DNA of 63,157 nt, filler included, from Sphacelaria rigidula (taxonomy: Eukaryota), in assembly GCA_964200075.2 (NCBI GenBank). It is 10 parts of 10 records of this genome, joined end to end, with 100 filler letters (N's around TTAATTAATTAA, not from the genome) between each part and the next. Parts side by side here need not be neighbours in the genome. Positions count along the whole stretch, not along the records: positions 1 to 6,226 come from CAXNAA020021378.1; positions 6,327 to 12,552 come from CAXNAA020021379.1; 8 more parts are not named here. One strand, written 5' to 3'. The notes under the pieces were generated by a model. The model saw only the letters and a program-made list of their open reading frames with translations. It made no database searches and was not told the DNA's origin. How positions within the stretch are numbered: the first letter of the stretch is position 1; the number at the start of each line of letters is the position of its first letter. Shown here one piece after another: positions 1 through 11,560 of this stretch. The position numbers and the translations under genes were made by a program.

Positions 1-279
1 TGTGGAAACAAACCAAGAGGGCAAGCACTCGAGTCTTTGCTTGTTATGGAAAAAAAAAATAGGGCGAGCACTCGAGTCATTGCTCGTTGTGGAAAAAAAT
101 AATAGGGCGAGCACTCGAGTCATTGCTCGTTGTGGAAAAAAATAATAGGGCGGGCACTCGAGTCATTGCTCGTTGCCAAAAAAAGTAATGACTCGAGCAC
201 ACGAGTCATGCTCGTTGTGTGTTGGAAAAAAATCATCGAGTGCACTCGTCTCGACGAGAAATGACTCGTCCGACGTGTG
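1..279. mobile_element. End of a non-autonomous hAT-like element (CACACGTCGGAC-type TIR), truncated by contig start
   Basis: Tandem ~42-bp subterminal repeats (GGGCGAGCACTCGAGTCATTGCTCGTTGTGGAAAAAAATAATA) ending in GTCCGACGTGTG at 268-279, the same terminus as the complete element at 34666-36004. Confidence 0.65.
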
Positions 280-287
280 GAAAATTC

Positions 288-1899
288 CAAGGTTGTGTTC
301 TGTAAGGTGCGGGTACGTTTTGTAGGGTATGAGATTCCATACAGAACTTACAGAATTGTCGGGTACCGGTATTAAAGTCTTGCAGAGTTCACATAACCGA
401 CTTTCAGAAATTACAGAACTTGTCGGGTACGGTATGGGAGGCTTACAGAAAACCGGTACCGGCAATCGCGTAACTCTTTAAGGGCACGCCTGTTCCCCGG
501 GTTAGGATGAAGTTTTTGTACAGAACTCACAAAGACTGTTGGGTAGGGTATGGAGATTACACAGAAAACCGTACCCGCAACCGGGTATCTCATCAAGAGC
601 ATACCCATGCCCCCCGGTAACGGTACGGGAGTCTTAAAGAGATCACAGAACTATCGGGTACAGGTATGAGGGTCTTACAGAGATTACAGAACTGTCGAGT
701 ACGGTAAATGCCCGGCAAAATACTCCGGGTGAACAGAAGACCGTACCCTACAGAACACGACCTTGGGATCATCATTACCCCTGTGGTGGGACCCACGTCA
801 CTGCAACAGTGGCGAAATACAGATGACAGTTCACGAAAACTCTGAACGGCTTCACGGGGTTGATGGAGAAAGACTTCACGAATAATCACAGTAGTACATG
901 TGCACGGGGTCGTCAACATCTATCGGCTTCACGTACACTCCCAGAAAGCACATGAAGGAGCATTCACGGCTGCCCGTTCTCTGGAAGCCCTTCGGCATGC
1001 GATAAAATCGCCGACGGCCTTGACGACTTTCGGTAGCGGCTCATTCTCCGTGCTGTACATGTCGAGAACGGCTTGGGGTTTGATGACCACGACACAACCA
1101 TCATCAACGTCGATGATGTGCGTCTTGCTACTCGATCCTCTGATGGCACAGATGAACCACCCCCGCTCGAGCCATCACTCGAGTCTGGGGGTGATCCATC
1201 CTGACGGTCTGCAGTGCTGCTCATGTTTCGTGTTTCCACTCAGCGGAACCTCGTATCCCGTCAGACCTCATACCCACGGATTTTTCAAAATTGAATTATT
1301 GTTGATGTGCAGTTTTGAATAAAGGAGTTGGGTGGGTTGATCGATGAGAGTTGCATGCTCAGGTCATGAGGTTGTGTTTGGATTGAACCTATATCCGTAC
1401 CTCCCCAAGGTATATACCTGTGCTCATACCTGCAATCGGGTTTATCTACAACGGTATGTCTTAACCCTGAGTAGGGGGTATGGGAGGCTTACACAGCTCA
1501 CAGAACTGTTGCGTACCAGTACTGGATGAAAGTCTTACAGAGATTACAGAACTTGTCGCGTACGGTATGGGAGGCTTACAGAAAACCGATACCGGCAATC
1601 GGGTATTTCTTCGAGAGCATACCCGCGCCCCGGGTACGGATAAACATTCTGTACAGAACTCACAGAACTTTCGGGTAAGGGTATGGGAGGCTTACAAAAC
1701 TCACAGAAACTATCGGGTAGGGTGTGAAGGTTGCACAGAAAACCGTACCCGCAATCAGGTATCTCATCAAAAGCGTAACCGTGCCCCCCCGGTAACGGTA
1801 CGGGAGTCTTGAAGAGATTACAGAACTGTCGGGTACGATAAATGCCCAGCACAATACCCCGGGTATACAGGAAATCGTACCCTACATAACATAACCTTG
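288..1899 (+). mobile_element. Non-autonomous hAT-like DNA transposon, CAAGG family, copy 1
   Basis: Termini CAAGGTTGTGTTCTGTA...TACATAACATAACCTTG; flanks GAAAATTC (280-287) and GAGAATTC (1900-1907) form a 7/8-matching TSD; many subterminal CAGAACT..TCGGGTA repeats; second copy at 8056-9561. Confidence 0.85.
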
Positions 1900-2069
1900 G
1901 AGAATTCAAATGCTGGGCGGATACACGACGTTGCCTCGGGAGCAGTTCCCCATTTTTGCCAGCTTTAGCTGGAAGAAGACGCTATGAACAACTCGTAGTC
2001 TACATAAAGCGCACACGAAGTACTAAACCTGACTGCATTGCCATTCCGTTAGAGTTCATGACTTCTTGC

Positions 2070-2260
2070 ACCACCGTCATGGGTGGTATGTTGGGAAGTC
2101 ATCACGATGCGGCCTTGTCTGTTGTTTGAAAGTGTTGCGTGCTGTTGTACTGCGCTACTGTACAGCTGACTGTACGGTATCGCTGTATTTCACCGTACCG
2201 AAATGTACTGGACTGTTGTAGGGTTCTACATTGCACTCTCTGTACTGCACTGGTTGTACT
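2070..2260. repeat. Dispersed repeat fragment, inverted homolog at ~51830-52015
   Basis: Shared motifs CTTGCACCACCGT, CAGCTGACTG and GTACGGTATCGCTGTA in opposite orientation in two contigs. Confidence 0.55.
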
Positions 2261-2541
2261 CTACACTGCACAGCACCACAGCACTACAGTGCCCTGTGGT
2301 GCGCCGTTATGGATTGAAGTACTGCAGGTGAAATGAAGCGTAGTGTACGGTACGTACGGTGGCGCAGGGTATGGCACAGCCGGTGCTGTGCTGACCTGTG
2401 CATTCTCGAAGTGGACGCTGGTCGATCGCACATTTAGCGGCACAACCTGCGGTAAATCACTGCCATAAAAAAAACTCCACATCAAGCCACGTCACATCAG
2501 CATAGGCTTTTGCCACGTATGAACTTTTGAACTTTTCCATT

Positions 2542-2703
2542 CCCTGGACAATATATGGTCAATGTATGCAATAGGCGAGAAGTGTACTGTATAAAGTATG
2601 GGCCTATTGCAACTATTGCCGGCCGACAATAGTCGCAATAGGCCTAGACTTTATGCAGTACGTTTCTTGTCTATTGCAACTATTGACCATATATTGCCCA
2701 AGG
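2542..2703. mobile_element. Palindromic MITE, CCCTGGACAA family
   Basis: Near-complete fold-back CCCTGGACAATATATGGTCAAT...ATTGACCATATATTGCCCAAGG; relatives at 7632, ~11785, ~13997 and 17216. Confidence 0.75.
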
Positions 2704-3084
2704 TGTGGAACTCTTCCACTCTGGAGTTTCAACGCTTCTACTCTGCACTCTGAATACGTCGTATGGTGAGAAAAAATATCTTCCGAAACTCTCTATTGCA
2801 ACAATGTATAGAACTCGTACAGCGTCAGCGATGATTACACGGCACGAATACGATTCGGCAACTTCACCCGGAGCGTGTCACAGTTGGACGCAACTGATGT
2901 GATCGAAGCTCATGGACATTTTCTGTATGTCCGGGACGTGTGCTTCAAAATTTTATGAGCCCTTCCTCCGTAGTCATGGTCGCTCTTGGCCTCTTCTATT
3001 TCCATCTTTCCTTCTGCTGCAAGTCTTGAAATTTAAAAGACGAAACAACGAAATAACGAAGCGTCTGAACCGGGATGGTTTGTT

Positions 3085-3240
3085 GGTGTGTTATCGTCCC
3101 ATCTATACCTTTCGGTGTATGTGGGCGCACCAGCCGGGGTCACACAGGACGAAGGCCAACACATGAGTTCTTCTTTTTGTTCGTTTCGACTTCTCCACCT
3201 TCCTTCTGCGGTGCTTGCCTTTTCTTTGTTATCGCGATGG
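3085..3240 (-). mobile_element. 5'-truncated copy of the tRNA-derived SINE
   Basis: Core CCTTTCGGTGTATGTGGGCGCACCAGCCGGGGTCACACAGGA...CCACCTTCCTTCTGCGGTGCTTG matches the full copies at 34254 and 45813. Confidence 0.8.
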
Positions 3241-4126
3241 TAGGCGAGGATTTCGTAAGGGTGTTAAGTCTAGAATCAAAGTTACATGTTTCGAGTTATG
3301 GGAATGAAAATCTTGGTTTCAACGCAAGTACTGAAACACGTTTAGAACAGCCAACTTGCTGCTCGGTTCCAGAGTGTCTGAAGCACTCGGGTCTTAGTAC
3401 TGTACTCGTGAGGTGAAAATCGATTCGATCCAACGCTCCTTAGTTGAAGAAAAACCGCAAGCTGCTGCGGACCCAAAGTTATGACCAATTTCACTGCCAA
3501 TATACTTGTATCGAGGACACAAACTCAAGTCGGACCGCTCTCGGGATTGCAAACATCGGCGCATTTACATTGCCAGCTGTCGAAAAACATTCATCGCCAG
3601 TTTGTACGCTCTAGTGCGTAGACATGGGCCAGTAATGTTCGAGGACATGCCTGCAGCGGTGTTTCATAGTTCAAGATTTTAAACTTTACGGTTACGAGCT
3701 TCGTTGAGTTATTTGACTCCACAGCGTCTCGCTTCGCGGGGGTGGTAAAAGACGAGACACTAGATCGCGCGTGCGTCTTCAGATGGGTATTCGACAACGC
3801 ATTTTGAATACGGACCAGGCGAAATCTACTTCTGTACGGGTCACATCAAAATAATGACAACTCTGGTTTGAATTGCAGTTGACTCGTGATCGCTGGCGTA
3901 CTGGTGGCACATCGCTCATTGCAACGTTGTCTCCACAATTTGCACCTAATTGTTGTCTACTACACCCAAACCGTCACCGAGTTTCATTCTCCGGAAACAT
4001 GCGCATCTTTCGTTGCTGGTCTTGGCTGGTCCCGGAAAAGGAAACTGCAACCGCTTCCCCGTAGGAACCGATCGCTAAATCGCAACACGTCCCTTGATCC
4101 ACAACCACCGGCCCGGACAAGCTCAC

Positions 4127-4213
4127 CTTTCCCACGCCCGTAGCTCCGACCATAACCACATTGGCTTTCCGTGCAGCATCAAACGCCTCCGCTTGGTATG
4201 GCCGAGGCTCCAT
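4127..4213 (-). CDS. First coding exon of a DExD/H helicase of the Dicer/RIG-I/FANCM type (Dicer-like most likely)
   Basis: MEPRPYQAEAFDAARKANVVMVGATGVGK has a Q-motif (PRPYQ) and Walker A (TGxGK) with Dicer-like spacing; followed at once by a strong GTGAGC donor, phase 0. Downstream exons not identified. Confidence 0.65.
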
Positions 4214-4890
4214 GACAGCAACCCCGCAACACGAGCACCTCCTGGTTTTTCCCGTTCCCTGTACGTTGCTATCTCCGGACTAGACCAAAGTATGGTACGA
4301 GTGTGGCTCTGATCTCCGAGAGGATGGATGCCCTTCAGAGTGAAACTCGTTACGTTGCTGTCGGTGGTGACAGAGGGAGACGGAACACTAGTATCATGCA
4401 GAAGGTGCCAGTAGCCGACGGCACTACTGGCAGTACGGTACAGTGCTGTACTGCACTGTTGTGCGGCTGCTGCGGAGCGACCCAGTCCGCCAGGGAGTAT
4501 ACGCCAACCAACGGCACCCGCCCAGTGACCAACAGCTCTTGCGCACAAGAAAAACCAAAGAAAAAGGTAAAGACTGAAGAAGATGCACAGGGGAAAAAAT
4601 TAACCACGGGTACTGGATAGCGCAATGTGCCTCTGCAGTGGGGTGAAGAGGCCTACCCTGCAGCCCAATGCAAACTGGTGTCGACGCGTGAATCTGAAGA
4701 GGCATACAATTGTGTTTCGTTTACAACATCACTTTCGGTCAGATCATGAAAATGCGACCCGTTTGTAGAAAGTCATCGCTCGCTCGGGGCGCTCCCATCT
4801 CGTTCCCATACACACTTCCAACCCCCCTTCGATAAAACTACAGCAGACATTATTACGACGGCTTGTGCGTCCTTCAGTAACGGCCAAGCC

Positions 4891-5145
4891 ATGAAGACGC
4901 AATCAACAATGCACGTATTCGTAATGCTGTTCCTGTTCTGTTTCTCCTGTGTACGAGCTTTCGTTCCGTGCATGCCTGGATTGGCCAGGGACTTGATCAT
5001 CATGAGCCGCACATCAGAGCTCGCGCGTGTGACTACCGGTTTGAATCGATATGTATCAAAGAGGGGAGCACTCGCGGCAGAGAAGGAAGATGGGGGGGAA
5101 GAGGATCAGGAACCAATGGACCTTGACTTGGAGCAAATGTTCGAG
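4891..5145 (+). CDS. First exon of a nuclear-encoded plastid-targeted protein of unknown function
   Basis: Hydrophobic signal peptide ending VRA-FVP (ASAFAP-type motif), then an R/S/T-rich transit-like segment and an acidic mature region EPMDLDLEQMFE; GTACG donor at 5146, phase 0. Confidence 0.75.
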
Positions 5146-6226
5146 GTACGTTCTGCTGAATGTAGAGGGAATGAGTGGGATGCAGGAGGTCATAGGCGGA
5201 CGAGCAGCTTGTGCATTCTGCCTTTGTATGTGCATTTGGTTCCCTGAACCAGTAGCCTCATGATCGTGGGTTGTGGTAACGGATCACAAGCCGGCTGGCC
5301 GCTTGCATTTGGTGCGTGGTTCAGTCCATGTAATCTCACGTGTAGGCCCAGATAGGTTGCTGAGCAATGATGTTGATTGTGGGAGCGACTAATTTTGATC
5401 CTACCACCACATGTAGGGACCCTCCAATCCCGGTGTTTCGTCTGTTCGACCCTGTGCGCATGCATTCCGTACCATACATGCGTGCGAGCTTTGACAGACT
5501 GTTGTACTTTGCAGCTTCAAGCTAGCAAGAAGCGCTTGCCCCGTTCGTCCTGTTCGCGGCAGGCACTCGTAAAGAGGCACATCCGCTCTCATTCCAACCG
5601 TGCGTTTATTGATGAACTCGAGTAGCACGTGGCGGCGTGGATATTTACACTCTCCTGACACATTAAAGGGGACAGCGGCGGTGGTCGACACACGATCAAC
5701 CAAATATGTATATTCTGTGCTAATAATGCACTTTCGTTCACACATCACTATATTATAATTTACATACTGCTGACACTACTACTGCACTGTACCGTCAGTG
5801 TACGCTACTTCCCAAGTTTCGTTTTTTGATTGGCCAGTATTTCAAGTGGACCGTAAAGTTCAAGTTTCTGTTGTACTCTCTGCCACGTCGTCCTTCATTG
5901 GTCCAAGTTGCGTCTCATCTTCTACAATATACTACACAAGAGTAACAATAGTACAGTCCGTATAGTACAGTGTCATGGTACTTTCTGAACTCCTACATTC
6001 AGACGGCATAACGCCGAGAAACACTCGACTGCTACTACCGCACATACGACTTGGAACGGATCACGAGGGATTATTGTGATGGCCACCTTTTAATCACCAT
6101 ACGAGCTGGGCCAGCGTAAAAGCTGCCCAAATTTGCTCACACCACAGCTTCCCCAGTTTCCCAAATGAACCCGATGTAAGCATATCACTGTGATCGTCTG
6201 ACCCACCTGATGACAGGGGACTGCAC

Positions 6227-6326
6227 NNNNNNNNNNNNNNNNNNNNNNNNNNNNNNNNNNNNNNNNNNNNTTAATTAATTAANNNNNNNNNNNNNNNNNN
6301 NNNNNNNNNNNNNNNNNNNNNNNNNN
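6227..6326. other. Artificial contig spacer (first of nine; others at 12553-12652, 18879-18978, 25205-25304, 31531-31630, 37857-37956, 44183-44282, 50508-50607, 56833-56932)
   Basis: Identical 44N-TTAATTAATTAA-44N block with stops in all six frames, recurring every 6326 or 6325 bp. Confidence 0.98.
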
Positions 6327-6410
6327 CAAGCGACGCCAACCCCATTGGGGGTCCGCCCCTACAAAGCCGAGACGGAGCACGCCGGGTTCTCGCCGGACCA
6401 GGCTAACAGT
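6327..6410 (-). repeat. Fragment of modular ~470-bp repeat family R
   Basis: Reverse complement of 50088-50165 (AGCCTGGwCCGGCGAGAACCCGGCGTGCTCCGT...). Confidence 0.75.
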
Positions 6411-7631
6411 GCACACAGTGGACGGAGCGAACACGGAATGTGGGTCATGCCGTCCATACACCCTCAAAACGGCGTCTCTGCAGCCCAGACTGCGCGACAC
6501 ATCGCTGGACGCATGTTCTGACACGCGGGTGCGTTAACTTCCACGTTATGACCTACTACCCAGCTTCTGCGCCGTGAAACCAACATCGATGTGTGCTGGC
6601 ACCCATTGCGGATGATGACATTCTGTGCGGTGCAAATTCTGGTATTGTCTGTAGAGGTCCTCAATTCAGGAGGCACGGCCATACACGCGCTGTCAGTACT
6701 TTAAGGCGCTGAAACTTCGTCTGCATGTCGTGTATATTATAGGCTACAACCTCATGTTGCTAAATCTGGAGTAGCGTTGTGGGTGCGTGCGTATCGGGGC
6801 GAAAATATGTCGGATTCTGTTCCGAATCAAGATTTTTTTTCTTTCGGCGCAACACTGCAAGGGTGGCGTTTCTGCTGGAAATATTCAAATACCCCATCTG
6901 CCTCCCGCCTTTCTCCTTGCCTCGTGTTTGTTTTTTGTTTTTTCTTCCGTCGCGTAGTGGGTGGGTACGTTCTGTATCGTGGGTCGAGGGTTGCGGTGTG
7001 AGGGCTTCTATTGTGTGCTACGTTGAGTGGCTAGCTAGGCCCCACCAAATGAAGGAAAAAAATCCGTTCATTTCGGTAGGTGCACCGCTTTTTCTATTTT
7101 TCAAAATGAAGATGAGTGGAAGACCCAGATAATTCGCCAGCTGTGAAAGGGTTGATCCTCTGGGGCGTCCATGCACGAGTGTAGGCCATTTTGTTTTCAT
7201 TGTTCCTCGCTTGGGGTTCAAAACGTTGTTTGGTAGCAATACAGCGGCTGTCGGGAAGAGGGTGCTCCCATGCATGCACAGGCCGCGCGTCAGAGGTGTT
7301 CGTGTGCTAGCCGCGACCAGCGGCATTGCCATTTCAAGACAGCCAATCCAAAGATTCCTTCTGTTTCGTGTATTGTCGCACTTTGAACCCACCCCCTTCC
7401 TCGGGACGAGTCCGTGGTCTAGTAGCTTCAAGAGATCAACCCATCTCTCCCCGGTACTGTAGAGAGCAGAATAAATCGTGATCACCTCGACAGCTACTCG
7501 TAGTACATGCATGTGGAGACACTCCGCTATTCATTTAGTGAGAAATATGAGCGGCTTGGTGTTTTCAGTGAGGGTGTTCGAGCACTTGTTGAATTGCCTC
7601 AAGCTGTCGTTGCCGCGGGATAGTCTGCATA

Positions 7632-7816
7632 CCCTGGACAAAAGGATACACGGTCGAAAAATGTACTGCGTACAGTATGAAATATATTGTCTATTGCACA
7701 AAAGAATACACGGTCGAAAAATGTACTGCGTACAGTATGGAATCTATTGTGCAATAGACAATAGATTCCATACTGTACGCAGTACATTTTTCGACCGTGT
7801 ATTCTATTGTCCAGGG
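7632..7816. mobile_element. Palindromic MITE, CCCTGGACAA family, with an internal ~60-bp duplication
   Basis: CCCTGGACAA...TTGTCCAGGG flanked by TA on both sides; ATACACGGTCGAAAAATGTACTGCGTACAGTATG occurs twice direct and once inverted. Confidence 0.8.
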
Positions 7817-8055
7817 TATGATAGTTTGTGAGGGTGTGTGGTGTGTACATTGACTCGGAGGAACACGGGGGAGGGGAGAAAGCATGATACAGTATGTCAA
7901 TAATGTACTTCGAAGTGGGCGATGAGTACCGATATCCACCCTGCCGGGTGGGGCAACGAAAAAACGGATTCACGCTTGTCAAAACCGTATCTCATCGATG
8001 ACGATAAACTGGGCCGTAATTTTCAACATCTCTTCAACAGCCTGGTCAACTGTAC

Positions 8056-9561
8056 CAAGGTTGTGTTCTGAAGGGTACGGGTTTCTGTTTACCCGGGGCA
8101 TTTTGCCGGGTAATTACCGTACCCGACAGTTGTGTGACTTCTGTAAGACTTTCATACCGGTACCCGACAGTTCTGCAATCTCTGTGTAAGTCTTTCATAC
8201 CCTGAACCGATAGTTCTGTAATCTCATTCATACCTCCGAACCGTTACCAGAGGGCACGGGTACGCTCTTGATAGGACGCCTGATTTCGGGTACGGTTTTC
8301 TGTGCAACATTCATACCCTACCCGACAGTTTCTTTGAGTTCTGTAGGCCTCCCATACCCTTACCCGACAGGTCTGTGAGTTTTGCACAAAATTTTCACCC
8401 GAACCCGGAGTGCGGGTATGCTCTTGAAGGTTACTCGATTGCGGGTGCCGGTTTTCTGTAAGCCTCCCATACCTCTACCCGGGGTTCGGGTATACCGTTA
8501 TAGATATACCCGATTGCAGGTATGAGCAGAGGTATATACCTTGAGGACGCGCGGATATAGGTTCAATCCAAACACAACCTCATCACCTGGACATGTACCT
8601 CCCCTCGATCAACCCACCCAACTCCTTTATTCAAAACTGCACACCGACAAAAGTTCAATGTTGAAAAGTTCTTTAGTTTGGGATCTGGCGGGATACGAGG
8701 TATCGCTGAGTGGAAACACGAAACGTGAGCAGCACTGCAGAACGTCGGAATGGATCACCCCCAGACTCGAGTGGTGGCTCGAGCGGGGACGGTTTATCTG
8801 CGGCACCAGGGGATCAAGTAGCAAGACGCATGTCATACCGTTGATGGCGGTTGTGTCGTGGTCATCAAGCCCCAGGCCGTTATCGACATGTACAGCACAG
8901 AAAATGAGCTGCCACCGAAAGTCGTCAAGGCCGTCGGCGATTTTGTCGCATGCCGAAGGGCTTTCAGAAAACGGGTAGCCGTGAATGCTCCTTTATGTAC
9001 TCCCTGGGAGCGTACGTGAAGCCGTAAGATGTTGACGATCCTATGCACATGTACTGCTGCGATTGTTGGTGTAGTCTTTCTCTATCCACCCCGTGAAGCC
9101 GTTCAGAGTTTTCGTGATTTGTCATCTCCTGTATTTCGCCACTGTTGTAGTGACGTAGGGTCCACTACAGGGGTAATGATGGTACCAAGGTTGTGTTTTG
9201 TAGGGTACGGTTTTCTATATACCCGGGGTATTTTGCTGGCTATTTACCGTTCCCGACAGTTCTGTAAACTCTGCAAGATTACCGGCACCCGACAGTTCGG
9301 TAAACTCTGGAAGACCTTCATAACCGTACCCAATAGTTCTGTGAGTTCTGTACAAAACCGTTACCCCAATCCGGAGTGCGGGTATGCCCTCAGAGAGTTA
9401 CCCGATTGCCGGTACTGGTGTTCCGTAAGCCTCCCATACCGTACCTGACACGTTCTGTGATCTCTGTAAGAGTTTGATACCGGTACCCGACAGTTCTGTA
9501 AGTTCTGTAAGGAACATCATACCCTACAGAACGTACCCGAACCTTACGGCACAGAACCTTG
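8056..9561 (-). mobile_element. Non-autonomous hAT-like DNA transposon, CAAGG family, copy 2 (inverted relative to copy 1)
   Basis: Perfect 8-bp TSD AACTGTAC (8048-8055 and 9562-9569); CAAGG...CCTTG termini; collinear with 288-1899. Confidence 0.9.
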
Positions 9562-11059
9562 AACTGTACTGTTTTCTCGTTGATTCGCACGCAATGTCGA
9601 GTGTATCTCGTCACTTACGGAGGTTTGTTGATACTGAAGTGTTGAGACACCAAGAAACAGTCGTGCAGCGGGTTACGTGCCGAAGTTCTCGCGATCTGTT
9701 TCTTTACGCTCCCCGTGTTCCACGCACGAAATGTTCCCCACACAACTCTCGAAACCTGAGCTGTCGAATTCCGAACACGTTCAGGTTCTGGCTCAACTAA
9801 TAGAACGCAGGAAATACGTACGAGTAGGGGTGGGTGGAGGAGAAAAGCAAGCCAGAGAAGCTTTGCTGCAATCATGTCCAACAAACATGACGAGCGAGAG
9901 GAGCACGAAAAAGTAAGTGGATACTGAATGAAGGAAAGGGGTGCAGCAGAGCAGGGAGAGAAGAGAAAAATCATGTGCTCTGAATGTGTACGATATTCTG
10001 TACAGAAGTGTAGGCACGCAGCCATCACAAGTCCTGCGTAGAAAAAGACGGATAAATCAGGAACATAATCTTAAGTTCTTTTTATGCCCTCGCGCTCTGA
10101 CTGTTGCAACGCCCAACGTCAGATCCAGACACATGGGTTTGTTTTTTTGTGGTGTACATAACATGTAACCGGAGTTTCAGTGTCTTGCAGCTTCGACAGG
10201 GCGTGTACGAGTGTGACTCTCCCGCTGAGCATCTATACAGGCGACACCGGCATGACTTTTCTACATCTTGTCATAATCCAAAGGGTGTGCCACAACTAAT
10301 CCAAAGGGTGTGCCACAACTAATCTATGTTTGTTTGCCGACACTGCGCCCTCCCGGGTGCTCATGACGTGAAACTGAGTGCACCATGTCCACGTACGTAT
10401 TCACTCAGTGCACCTAATCTGGGCTGCGATATAGCCTCTGTGAGGCCCTATCGACGGGATATCGGAATTCGCTTGGTTGCATTTTCTCAGTGGCCGAAGG
10501 GAGCTCCTCTCCAATGCACACACTGCCTGTGTTGTGTCGAATTAGTGTAGTGCAGCAAGTTTCATGGGGGTGGCTTTACCCACGGTCGAGGAATTAACAA
10601 GCGAAGTTTCCCCTCAAAAGTGCAATGATTCTTGTATGGGAACGAAGTGCGGGTATTCACACGTGTAGAGTGGACATTCCGGTAGGTTTTGTTTTTGTTT
10701 TGGCGCAGGACTGTACTGTCATACTGCTGGGAAGAGAAAATGTCCGTATGTCGGACATCTCATGGTAACTCAATATTCACTTGTTGTGGGTGCACTCATC
10801 CGGATCATGATGGAGCTGAGTAGGATCATTTTTCCGTATTTGCTCCCTTCAGTGCTGAACGCCGAGCACGCGGATTACAGAAGCGCAGAGGTAGCGCTTC
10901 GACTTCTCGGACCCTGCTGTCATGTATCACGTATCACGTATTTGGTGCTTTTGGACAAGGGATCTGAGAGGCCTCTTCGATTAGTTCTGTCAGTTGTAAT
11001 AGCTCATGACCTGTTCGACGTGTGACAATGTCCAGAAAGAACGAACGACTGGGGAAATA

Positions 11060-11560
11060 CCAGAGCTTGACCGCGTCGCTCCCTTTGGATATTGTGGAGG
11101 CGGTGTTTCGGAAGCGTAGGCGTGAAGATAATCCGCACCTCGTTTGACGTGACGCCCAAACTTGGAGTATGTGTAGATTGGTACTCAAGAAAGGTGTCAC
11201 AGTCACAGCTGCGGCAGCGGAAGGCGTTGAGGGCCCGGCTTGCCTCGAAAGGGTGGGTACCACCGACGGAATATTTTTGCAACACCTGGTGTCTGATGGC
11301 GATTATAGTGGGTACGGTATCAGTCGAGTATGGACGCAGAAACGAATCCTGCCGGCCTCACTAAAAATCTTCGCCCAGTTGTGGATGAACGCTCGAAGAA
11401 ACACAGCAAAAAAACATCGTTTGAGCTCCGTTACATATCTGAGGGTCGGGAGCTGTACGTTTCCCCTCCAAAAAGCGCGACAGGTGAAGGTTGAGCTCCT
11501 GTCGCGTGACCCGTGGGTTGTGCCGCAGACGCTTGCTGGCGTACCTGGTAAGGGGGGCGA
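11060..11560 (+). pseudogene. Degraded coding remnant of an unidentified multicopy family (homologous to ~46380-46560 and ~47325-47520)
   Basis: Conceptual translations align between contigs, e.g. TWSMCRLVLKKGVTVTAAAAEGVEGPACLE vs TWRMCWLVLEQGIRAAAVAAQGAEGPICIE. Confidence 0.5.

Noticed and set aside
1..260. CRISPR-like array of ~42-bp repeats
   Set aside because: Units are head-to-tail without unique spacers, there are no cas genes and the context is eukaryotic; better explained as transposon subterminal repeats
163..1909. Many overlapping short ORFs (PYPY/FCKP-type peptides), also at 7998-9614
   Set aside because: Translations of transposon subterminal repeats with no domain signal
2397..2447. 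Exon-like 51-nt segment on the minus strand (VVPLNVRSTSVHFENAQ) as exon 2 of the helicase
   Set aside because: Splice sites are plausible, but it does not supply the T/hydrophobic continuation expected after Walker A GK
6271..6282. Recurrent TTAATTAATTAA motif as a biological signal
   Set aside because: Synthetic six-frame stop linker inside N runs
9820..9880. Signal-peptide-like minus-strand exon MIAAKLLWLAFLLHPPLL followed by GTACGT
   Set aside because: Short hydrophobic peptide expected by chance from pyrimidine-rich DNA; no downstream exon identified
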